Positions 35,633 through 42,689 of a stretch of DNA of 42,689 nucleotides are shown here, in pieces. A program made the translations under genes and the position numbers. Numbering within the stretch: the first letter of the stretch is position 1; the number at the start of each line of letters is the position of its first letter. This DNA is from an uncultured Porphyromonadaceae bacterium. Lineage in GTDB: Bacteria; Bacteroidota; Bacteroidia; Bacteroidales; UBA12481. Below the pieces are notes generated by a model. That model had not been told where the DNA came from. It did no database searches and saw only the letters and a list, made by a program, of their open reading frames with translations. The DNA is taken from positions 1 to 42,689 of the forward strand of contig CAYXJR010000034.1 of assembly GCA_964465145.1 (NCBI GenBank), read 5' to 3'.

Positions 35633-37927
35633 TCAGAATGAAATCTTGTATGTTTCCCCTTTTTCTGTCTCCATTTCCTTCACCTCCCCTTTATACCTGA
35701 GTCGGAGAGGCTCTCCTGCCTTGGATAAAACACTAACTTCTTGTAGTTCACTATTCTCCCAGCTGAATGAGAGTTCGAATCCTCCACGGGCACAAACTCC
35801 GTAAATTGATCCGTCAGGCAGGGCATCCGGTAGGGCGGGTAATAAATCAATAGCACTCTGATGGGATTGTATCAGCATCTCAACCATCCCTGCAGGTGCA
35901 CCAAAATTTCCATCTATCTGGAATGGAGGGTGGGAATCAAAAAGGTTGATGTATGATCCTCCTCCCTGGTACTGTGTGTTACCATCCTCCTTAACTCTGA
36001 ATAATAGTTTAATCAATTCATATGCATGATTGCCGTCCATAAAGCGCGACCAGAAATTGATTTTCCATGCCAGGCTCCATCCTGTGCCATCATCACCACG
36101 GTATAGGAGAGACTGCATGGCGGCTTTCATTATCTCGGGAGAGGTTTCCCAGGTGATATCAGCGCCGGGAGTTACACCCCAAAGATGCGATACATGCCGG
36201 TGGTGGTTTTCAGGATCATCCTTGTCTTCCATCCACTCCTGTAGCTGGCCGTAACGGCCAACCTGGTTCGGTGCAATTTTAGGGGTTAAATCCCTGAGTA
36301 AATCGGCAAAATCATTATCCACACCCAGGATCTCTGAAGTTTCTATGCATGCTTTGAAAAGAGAACGAATGATCTGGTGGTCCATGGTCGGGCCGGCCAC
36401 CAATCCACCAATCTCCGGGGAATTGGAAGGGGTACTTATAAGCCAGCCTGTCCTGGGATCCTCTATGAGAAACTGGGAGTAGAAAGTTGCTGCCCCTTTC
36501 ATTAGAGGCCAAGCTCTATCTCTAAGAAAATCAATGTCTTTGGTGTACAGGTAATGCTCCCACAGATGACTGCAGAGCCAACCGCTTCCTCCCAGCCAGA
36601 TGCCATGGTTCGAAGCATTGATGGGTGCTGCTCCCCTCCAGATATCTGTGTTGTGATGAAGTACCCAGCCATCGCAGTTGTAATGAACTTTCGCTACTTC
36701 AGCACCTGTTTGTGCAACCTCTTCAATCATATTAAATAAAGCATCATGGCAGTCGGATAGGTTAGTCAGTTCAGCCGGCCAATAATTCATTTCGGCGTTG
36801 ATATTACAAGTGTATTTACTTCCCCAGGCAGGTTTGAGATCCTGGTTCCAGATACCCTGCAAATTGGCAGGAAAAGTCCCCGGCCGGCTGGAGGATATCA
36901 TCAGGTAGCGGCCATATTGGATATAGAGTGCAATCAGTTGTGGATCCTCAGGCAGCTCATTGAATTTATGCAGTCGTTGGTCCATTGGGAGGGCTTCCCG
37001 GCCGTTCGATCCGAGATCAAGAGCGAATCTCTTAAAATATTTATGATAATCGGCGATGTGATCCTTTCTCACTTTATTGTAAGGAACATTTCTAAGCTTA
37101 CTCAAATTGGCAGTTAACTCTACCTCCGGGTCTGCGCTTACATCCTGGTATGAAACATGGTTTGTTGAGGCACTTAAATATATGGTAGCAGAGCTGGCAT
37201 TTTTTACCTCAATATGGGATTCATGTGTAATAAGAGTTCCCTTTGTGCGAACTTCTATCCTTGCTATACCTTTCAGAACACCATCCTTTACAGTTACAGA
37301 AAGCGTTTGCTGGTTACCATCAGTAATAACTTCTGATTGTTCATGTGGGGAATTCAGCACAATATGGAATCCTAATGCATCTTTTTGATCAGCATCCAGT
37401 TGTATAGCAATAACCTGGTGGGGTGCGCTGGCCAGGACCTCCCGCGTATATGTTACATCACCCACTTTGTAAGTCGTCCTGGCAATGGCGTTTTCTATAT
37501 CAAGTAATCTGATATAATCAGTAAACTCTTCATGGCCAGGGAATTCAATTATTAAATCACCAAAGGGCTGGTATTCCATCTGGTGGAGCGGGAGGCTCAT
37601 AAATTTCTCCATTGCCAGGTCCTGGGCTTCCCTCTGCTTTCCTTCAAAAAGGAGCTGGCGGATAGTATCCAGGTAGTCAAAAGCCCCTTCGTGTGCATAA
37701 CTCCGGGGTTCGCCCGTCCATAATGTTTCTTCATTGAACTGTATCCGTTCGCGGGCCACCGTACCAAAGACCATGGCTCCCAATCGTCCGTTTCCAACTG
37801 GTAAAGCTTCATTCCATGATTTTGCCGGCTGTTCATACCAGAGCTTGAGATCTGTTGTTTCATACTCAATCTGGTTGGTGCAGGAGAAGAAGCCTAGCAG
37901 GACAAGGAGAAAAAGAATGTTTTTCAT
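35633..37927 (-). CDS. Alpha-L-fucosidase, GH95 family
   Basis: 764 aa with a signal peptide. The N-terminal LWYEQPAKSWNEALPVGNGRLGAMVFG is the GH95 signature region. Confidence 0.85.
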   Translation of the reverse strand: MKNILFLLVLLGFFSCTNQIEYETTDLKLWYEQPAKSWNEALPVGNGRLGAMVFGTVARERIQFNEETLWTGEPRSYAHEGAFDYLDTIRQLLFEGKQREAQDLAMEKFMSLPLHQMEYQPFGDLIIEFPGHEEFTDYIRLLDIENAIARTTYKVGDVTYTREVLASAPHQVIAIQLDADQKDALGFHIVLNSPHEQSEVITDGNQQTLSVTVKDGVLKGIARIEVRTKGTLITHESHIEVKNASSATIYLSASTNHVSYQDVSADPEVELTANLSKLRNVPYNKVRKDHIADYHKYFKRFALDLGSNGREALPMDQRLHKFNELPEDPQLIALYIQYGRYLMISSSRPGTFPANLQGIWNQDLKPAWGSKYTCNINAEMNYWPAELTNLSDCHDALFNMIEEVAQTGAEVAKVHYNCDGWVLHHNTDIWRGAAPINASNHGIWLGGSGWLCSHLWEHYLYTKDIDFLRDRAWPLMKGAATFYSQFLIEDPRTGWLISTPSNSPEIGGLVAGPTMDHQIIRSLFKACIETSEILGVDNDFADLLRDLTPKIAPNQVGRYGQLQEWMEDKDDPENHHRHVSHLWGVTPGADITWETSPEIMKAAMQSLLYRGDDGTGWSLAWKINFWSRFMDGNHAYELIKLLFRVKEDGNTQYQGGGSYINLFDSHPPFQIDGNFGAPAGMVEMLIQSHQSAIDLLPALPDALPDGSIYGVCARGGFELSFSWENSELQEVSVLSKAGEPLRLRYKGEVKEMETEKGETYKISF

Positions 37928-38154
37928 GACAATCAGGATTTAGGGAGAATTGAGAATTAATAGAAATTAAAAATACAACTTCTGAACCGGATTATCAATT
38001 GGTTGGAAGTTGGAGGTTGTTGGATAAAGAGGATATTAGATGTTGAAGACATCGCTGGGTCTTTCGTCCTTTAACTTGTATCTTATTTTCGTTCCCACGT
38101 TCCCAAGTCCCCAATTCCCTATTTTTCCTACCTTAGCTTTTCAAATCAAAATCA
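37928..38154. repeat. Heptamer-periodic divergent intergenic tract (GAGAATT, GGTTGGA/AGTTGGA, CGTTCCC/ACGTTCC/CAAGTCC...)
   Basis: ggagaattgagaattaatagaaattaaaaat ... cgttcccacgttcccaagtccccaattccc read directly. Confidence 0.6.
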
Positions 38155-39258
38155 ATGGAAATCCGACCTTTCACCCTCGAACGCTATTTCGCAGAATTTG
38201 AATTTGCGGCGAAGCACCTCCTTAGTAGCTCTGATTGTGAACCCCTTGCGATGCAAGAGTTGTTGGATATGGCCGATCCAGAGGCTATAGACTTGTGGAA
38301 TAATCTAAAGCTGGCCTATACCGAGTCGCTAGGCCTGCCAGCTCTCAGGGAGGAAATTGCCGGCATGTATGATGGTATTCAGCCTGACAGGGTAATGGTG
38401 GTAAATCCGGAGGAAGGGATTTTTCTAACTATGCAGACTTTGTTGGAGCCCGGCGATGAGGTGGTTGCCACCTTCCCCGGCTATCAGTCATTATATGAGA
38501 TTGCTATTAGCCAGGGCTGTAAAGTTGGTAAGTGGGAGCCTGATGATAATAATGAATTCTCAGTAGATAAATTGGAGGATCTTATTACTGACAAAACCAG
38601 AATGCTGGTGATTAATTTCCCTCATAATCCAACTGGTGACCAATTGAGCAAAAAAGATTTTGAGAGGGTGATCTCCTTAGCGAAAGAGAGGGATATTTTA
38701 TTGTTTTCAGATGAGATGTACAGGTTTCTTGAGTATAAAGAGGAGGATAGGCTGCCATCAGCTTGTGAGATCTATGAAAACTCAATTACCCTATGTGGTT
38801 TGTCGAAGAGTTTTGCTCTCCCTGGGCTTCGGCTTGGTTGGTTGATTATCAATGATCCTGTTGTCATGAACAAGCTGCAGTCGTATAAAGATTACACCAC
38901 AATATGCCAGCCAGGGCCTTCAGAGATTCTTGCTCTGATGGCAATAAGAAACAGAGACGAGATCATCAGAAGAAATCTGAAAATAATTGAAAAAAATATC
39001 CACTTAATGGAAGAATTCGCGGTGAGAAATCCGGATTTTATCAGATGGATCCCTCCAAAGGCTGGATCAGTTGCTTTTCCGGAAATTTTTGTGAGATATG
39101 AAGTGGAATATTTTTGCAGATGCCTGACAAAGAAAACTGGTGTTATGCTTCTGCCTTCAAGTGTATATGGCTATAAAAAAAATAGGGTCCGTATTGGTTT
39201 AGGGCGGATTGATTTTGAGGAAGGGTTAAGGGTGCTGGAGGGGTTTGTAACAATTTAA
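38155..39258 (+). CDS. Class I/II pyridoxal-phosphate-dependent aminotransferase
   Basis: 367 aa with a PLP-lysine region SKSFALPGLRLGW. The last 5 codons (GFVTI*) overlap a REP unit. Confidence 0.8.
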   Translation: MEIRPFTLERYFAEFEFAAKHLLSSSDCEPLAMQELLDMADPEAIDLWNNLKLAYTESLGLPALREEIAGMYDGIQPDRVMVVNPEEGIFLTMQTLLEPGDEVVATFPGYQSLYEIAISQGCKVGKWEPDDNNEFSVDKLEDLITDKTRMLVINFPHNPTGDQLSKKDFERVISLAKERDILLFSDEMYRFLEYKEEDRLPSACEIYENSITLCGLSKSFALPGLRLGWLIINDPVVMNKLQSYKDYTTICQPGPSEILALMAIRNRDEIIRRNLKIIEKNIHLMEEFAVRNPDFIRWIPPKAGSVAFPEIFVRYEVEYFCRCLTKKTGVMLLPSSVYGYKKNRVRIGLGRIDFEEGLRVLEGFVTI

Positions 39259-39420
39259 TCCCTACGGGATAATTGATTTTGCATCCTTGAATTTGTTCTA
39301 TAACAATTTAATACCTACGGGATATGTGGTTGTTGGGTTTTACCATGTCAATAATTGCCCGTAGGGCATAAACTGTTATAGAAACACACGTCCCACAATC
39401 AATATCTTACCCCGTAGGGG
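39244..39420. repeat. REP cluster (units TTCTATAACAATTTAATCCCTACGGGATA in both orientations; includes a REP doublet)
   Basis: Core hairpin ATCCC-TAC-GGGAT. Copies are at 39255, 39309 (+), 39356 and 39408 (−). The ~65-nt doublet 39309-39376 is repeated at 40127-40206. Confidence 0.85.
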
Positions 39421-39891
39421 TTATACATCTTCAATAAACCGAAAAAGGTATTTTTCGTCGAATTCTATTTTCAATTTTTCAAGAAAGGTCAAAAATTCTT
39501 GCTTAAATGTTCTGGCCTTATGATGATTCTCCTGGTTCAAAATATAATTATAGACCCTGTCCATATTGGAATGACTGCAAGAAAATGCTCCATATCCTTC
39601 CTGCCAGGAAAATTTGCCCATACAGAATTTTTCTTTATTGATGAGGAGGGATGTACTTCTTTTTACGTTTTGAACCACCTCAGAGATTGTTTTTGATGGA
39701 TTCAATCCAATCAGTAAATGAACATGATCTGAAGTGCCATCAATAATTATTGACTTGTGACCTAGGGTTGAGACAACTCCGCTCATATATTTAAAAACCT
39801 TTGGCCTAATTTGATCATTTAGAAGGGCTTCACGGTTTTTAACGGCAAATACAAGGTGGACATATAATTGGCAATAGGTTTTTGGTTTCAT
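39421..39891 (-). mobile_element. REP-associated tyrosine transposase (RAYT) / IS200-family Y1 HUH transposase
   Basis: 156 aa with an HUH motif (SDHVHLLIG) and a catalytic Tyr region (RVYNYILNQENHH). It is flanked on both sides by REP arrays. Confidence 0.8.
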
Positions 39892-39899
39892 ATTTTTTC

Positions 39900-40255
39900 T
39901 GTTAATCCCCTACGGGGAATTGATAATAAATTAAGGTATCCTTTGCTATAACAATATAATCCCTACGGGATAAATTTTCAAAGATATTTTGTCTTTGTGC
40001 TGTGTCATTTTCTATAACAGTTTAATCCCTACGGGATAATTGATTTTGCATCCTTGAATTTGTTCTATAACAATACAACCCTTACGGGGTAGATTAATCC
40101 CTGTGTAATTCCTTGTTCTATAACAATATAATCCCTACGGGATATGTGGTTGTTGGGTTTTACCATGTCAATAATTGCCCGTAGGGCATAAACTGTTATA
40201 GAAACATAGAACCATAACCGATTTTTTACCCCGTAGGGGTTACACATTTTATTTA
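39900..40255. repeat. REP cluster, about 8 units (CCCTACGGG / CCCGTAGGG cores) upstream of RAYT
   Basis: Copies at 39906, 39957, 40021, 40076, 40127 (+), 40174 and 40226 (−). It contains a near-exact copy of the 39254-39305 and 39309-39386 segments. Confidence 0.85.
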
Positions 40256-40346
40256 AATATTTTCCATTCTAATGGTATAGATGCATTATTTCCTGATATT
40301 GGAAAAAATCCACCCACTTTTTGTTATTTTGTAGAAAATTGCACTT

Positions 40347-40688
40347 ATGGCTAAAGACTGGAAAGACCGGCTTGGTGTGGTGTATTCAACAAGTTCCGAT
40401 TTTAATTACGAAAAGGAGGAACAGGAAGAATCAGATACTCTTCCTCCTCAGCAGCAAAAACTCATCGTAAGCCTCGATAAACGCAATCGTAAGGGGAAGG
40501 CTGTAACTCTGGTTGCTGGCTTCATAGGCTCAGAAGATGACCTCAAAGAACTGGGTAAACATCTCAAGACAAATTGTGGAGTTGGCGGCAGTGTAAAGGA
40601 GGGGGAGATTCTGATTCAAGGGGATCACCGGAACAAAGTTGTGGAGATATTGGAAAGGGATGGTTATAAGGTTAAAAGATCTGGTTAG
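40347..40688 (+). CDS. yciH: Translation initiation factor SUI1/YciH family
   Basis: 113 aa. An N-terminal Lys/Glu-rich region is followed by a SUI1 fold region (KAVTLVAGFIGSEDDLKELGKHLKTNCGVGGSV...IQGDHR). Confidence 0.85.
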   Translation: MAKDWKDRLGVVYSTSSDFNYEKEEQEESDTLPPQQQKLIVSLDKRNRKGKAVTLVAGFIGSEDDLKELGKHLKTNCGVGGSVKEGEILIQGDHRNKVVEILERDGYKVKRSG

Positions 40689-40800
40689 AGGGGATTCAAG
40701 GGGATTAAGGTTATTTCGCTCACTGCGTTCGCTGTGATTCAGGTGATTCCAGGTGATTCGAGGTTTACTTATAACCTTATTACCAATTACTTATACTTAT
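40689..40800. repeat. Heptamer-periodic tract (GATTCAA/GGGGATT, GTGATTC/AGGTGAT, TTATAAC/CTTATAC) including the TCGCTCACTGCGTTCGCTG 20-mer
   Basis: gattcaaggggattaagg...tcgctcactgcgttcgctgtgattcaggtgattccaggtgattcgagg...ttacttatacttatac read directly. It overlaps the 3' end of the gene fragment at 40780. Confidence 0.7.
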
Positions 40801-41152
40801 ACTCAGGCCTTCCAACCGACGTGACTCCCTTTTCCCAGCAATATGAGCTACCCATTTTAACTGCTCATTGGCAAACTTTTCTTTTGCCTTAGAGTGGTTT
40901 TTTATGTAGGACCAATTTGAGAATACTACAAGTAATCCATAATCCCGGATATGTTCAAAATCTTTCGACATATCGAGGCCCATTCCTGTTGCCCAGTTCC
41001 TGGTCCGCACAAATATGTAATATTCACCGGGCTCCAAAACTGAAAAACTGGTTACTGCATCCTCAACCGGGATCCCCAGTCCATGTGCCATGAGATAGGG
41101 CGAACCCATCACATCCATAAACTGCTGGTCGTCACCCAGCCACCTTTATTAT
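40780..41152 (-). pseudogene. C-terminal gene fragment (possibly FAD-dependent oxidoreductase-like), no start codon; C-terminus runs into the repeat tract
   Basis: The frame is open from a double stop at ~41152 ([31 protein letters not shown]...TRNWATG...). There is no upstream coding continuation, and the last ~8 codons are derived from repeat sequence. Confidence 0.3.
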
Positions 41153-41263
41153 CAAAGCTTTCAGGTTCTGATTACGGGTTCTGATTTGGGGACTCATAAT
41201 TCATAACTCATAATTAATATGCTTTCAGCAAACTTAACAAATAGAGTGTGAAAAAAACTAATT
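41119..41263. repeat. Heptamer-periodic tract (TTCTGAT/TACGGGT, TCATAAT/TCATAAC)
   Basis: tttcaggttctgattacgggttctgatttggggactcataattcataactcataattaat read directly. Confidence 0.6.
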
Positions 41264-42187
41264 TTGACCTCAATTGTATTTCCATCCATGCATTGGGAAA
41301 AACGTTGGTTTCAATATTCGATTCTATTACTCCTGGCTTTCGTATGGGGGAGTTCTTTTATTCTGATGAAAATCGGACTGAAGAGTTTCTCGAGCAATCA
41401 GGTGGCAGCCATACGTATATTATTAGCCTCAACAGTATTGCTGCCAATAGCACTGAAAAACCTGAAGAATCTCAAAAAGAAGGATTTGAAAAGTTTGTTG
41501 ATCGCAGGTTTTATAGGGAGTTTCATTCCTGCTTTTCTTTTTACAAGGGCGCAGACCAGGATTGATAGTGCCCTGGCCGGTATGCTAAACTCTCTCACCC
41601 CGGTATTTACGCTGATCATCGGCTTGCTTTTTCATAAGACTAAAACAGGCTGGAAGCAGGTACTGGGATTGGGTTTAGGCTTAGCAGGTGCTGTTGCCCT
41701 TATCTCTATTGGTGAGGGGGTATCCCTCAGGAATATAAATACTTATGCCTTGTTTATCGTTCTGGCCACTCTTTTTTATGGCACCAATGTAAACGTAATC
41801 AAGTCTACCCTTACACACCTTACCGGTGCCCAGATCACCTCTTTGTCATTCATGTTTCTCTGGCCTGTGGCACTGGGATATTTATTAACCACTGATTTTG
41901 ACCCTGTTTTTGAGAATCCGGATTGGCATATTCACCTTATGGCTATAGCCATCCTTGGTATTATCGGTACTGCCATGGCCATGTTGTTGATGAACAGCTT
42001 GATAAGGTATGCTTCAGCTGTATTCTCATCATCTGTAACCTACATCATCCCAATATTTGCTATCATGTGGGGAATAATCGATGGGGAAAGGATTACCTTG
42101 CTTCATCTGGCCTGTATGACGGTTATTATGATAGGGGTTTACCTTATAAACATAAGGCAAAAGGCAAATGGCAGAAGGCAAAAGTAG
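41264..42187 (+). CDS. DMT-superfamily (EamA-like) transporter
   Basis: 307 aa with 10 predicted TM helices arranged as two EamA-like halves. Confidence 0.8.
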   Translation: MTSIVFPSMHWEKRWFQYSILLLLAFVWGSSFILMKIGLKSFSSNQVAAIRILLASTVLLPIALKNLKNLKKKDLKSLLIAGFIGSFIPAFLFTRAQTRIDSALAGMLNSLTPVFTLIIGLLFHKTKTGWKQVLGLGLGLAGAVALISIGEGVSLRNINTYALFIVLATLFYGTNVNVIKSTLTHLTGAQITSLSFMFLWPVALGYLLTTDFDPVFENPDWHIHLMAIAILGIIGTAMAMLLMNSLIRYASAVFSSSVTYIIPIFAIMWGIIDGERITLLHLACMTVIMIGVYLINIRQKANGRRQK

Positions 42188-42218
42188 GTTATAAGATAAA
42201 AGTTTAAAGGATTAGGTA

Positions 42219-42236
42219 GGGACGCATAATTGCGTC
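42219..42236. other. Hairpin motif GGACGCA-TAAT-TGCGTCC between convergent gene ends (possible bidirectional terminator)
   Basis: 7-bp perfect stem. It is a near-copy of the 6607-6624 hairpin and lies between the DMT stop (42187) and the thioredoxin-like stop (42240). Confidence 0.5.
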
Positions 42237-42239
42237 CTA

Positions 42240-42689
42240 CTACTCCCTACATAACTCCCGTATCATCTCCTCCATTTCCCTTGTATCGCCGGCACCTATT
42301 TTATACCATCTGACAACGCCTTTTTTATCAATTAAAACGACATGTGGGATGGCGCCTATGCCATAGGCGAGGTTATTCAGGGATTCGTCGGACAAGCCGA
42401 TTGGATAAACAAAGCTCTGATTATCAATAAAAGCCTCAATATCAGCCTCAGTCTGCCGGTTATCCAAACGGGTTAGTCCCAGGATTTGTAATCCTTCCGG
42501 CCCATAGGTTTTTTGCAAACGTTCCAATTCAGGGAAAGTCTTGATGCATGGTTTACACCAGGTGGCCCAGAAATCGAGTAGGACCACCTTTCCTTTGCTA
42601 TTATATAGTCCTGGAAAACTCCCATTGAACCATTTTAACCCAAGTTGAAAAAGAATAATTGTAAAGCTAACATAATCTACGACATACAT
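42240..42689 (-). CDS. Thioredoxin-fold TlpA/redoxin-like thiol-disulfide oxidoreductase (start at window edge; may extend beyond)
   Basis: WATWCKPC CxxC motif. An ATG occupies the last 3 nt of the window, so the true start may lie outside. Confidence 0.7.
   Translation of the reverse strand: MYVVDYVSFTIILFQLGLKWFNGSFPGLYNSKGKVVLLDFWATWCKPCIKTFPELERLQKTYGPEGLQILGLTRLDNRQTEADIEAFIDNQSFVYPIGLSDESLNNLAYGIGAIPHVVLIDKKGVVRWYKIGAGDTREMEEMIRELCRE

Noticed and set aside
39244-40255. The repeat arrays could be mistaken for a CRISPR array: about 30-nt repeats separated by 20-60 nt.
   Set aside because: The repeats occur in both orientations and the spacers are of irregular length. The units are hairpin REPs that overlap a gene stop and surround a RAYT transposase gene. 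There are no cas genes.
41248-41565. 105-aa + ORF overlapping the start of the DMT transporter in another frame.
   Set aside because: The 307-aa frame has a coherent 10-TM EamA architecture. The shorter frame has none and is an overlap artefact.

Overview
The window is a 42.7-kb chromosomal segment that looks like a Bacteroidota genome. Evidence for this is a T9SS C-terminal sorting domain protein, Tat-signal periplasmic enzymes, GH29/GH95/GH109-like glycan genes, frequent GTG/TTG starts, and roughly mid-40s %GC.

Gene content, left to right:
- Core metabolism: aceF (5' part), aceE, a TldD/PmbA pair, and a THUMP RNA methyltransferase.
- A sugar/glycan-utilisation block: amidohydrolase, GH109-like Gfo/Idh/MocA enzyme, GHL10-like lipoprotein, SSS symporter, GATase-like protein, ceramidase-like protein.
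- An accessory island (15.5-23.2 kb).
- An OmpA-family protein plus small membrane proteins, an ECF sigma/anti-sigma/Spy-like operon, an ABC-2 exporter, a PQQ beta-propeller protein and a hemolysin-III protein.
- A fucosidase pair (GH29, GH95) bracketing a decayed sulfatase gene, then an aminotransferase.
- A REP/RAYT locus, sui1/yciH, a DMT transporter and a thioredoxin-like gene.

Three things are most notable:
1. A candidate peptide-modification system at 15.5-20.7 kb. It comprises a 64-aa Trp-terminal peptide gene, a PqqD(RRE)-like domain fused to an HPr-kinase-like P-loop kinase, and a translationally coupled NTP_transf_5-type nucleotidyltransferase. A T9SS-secreted adhesin-like protein is embedded in it. 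A decayed second copy of the peptide sits directly upstream of the kinase.
2. A 42-bp inverted-repeat pair bracketing a flotillin/NfeD operon.
3. A pervasive family of degenerate heptanucleotide-periodic tandem repeats (GGTGACG, ACAGATR, TCTTGYA, CTGCCYT and others) that fills many intergenic spacers and even encodes the C-terminal tails of several proteins.

I found no rRNA, tRNA or CRISPR array.
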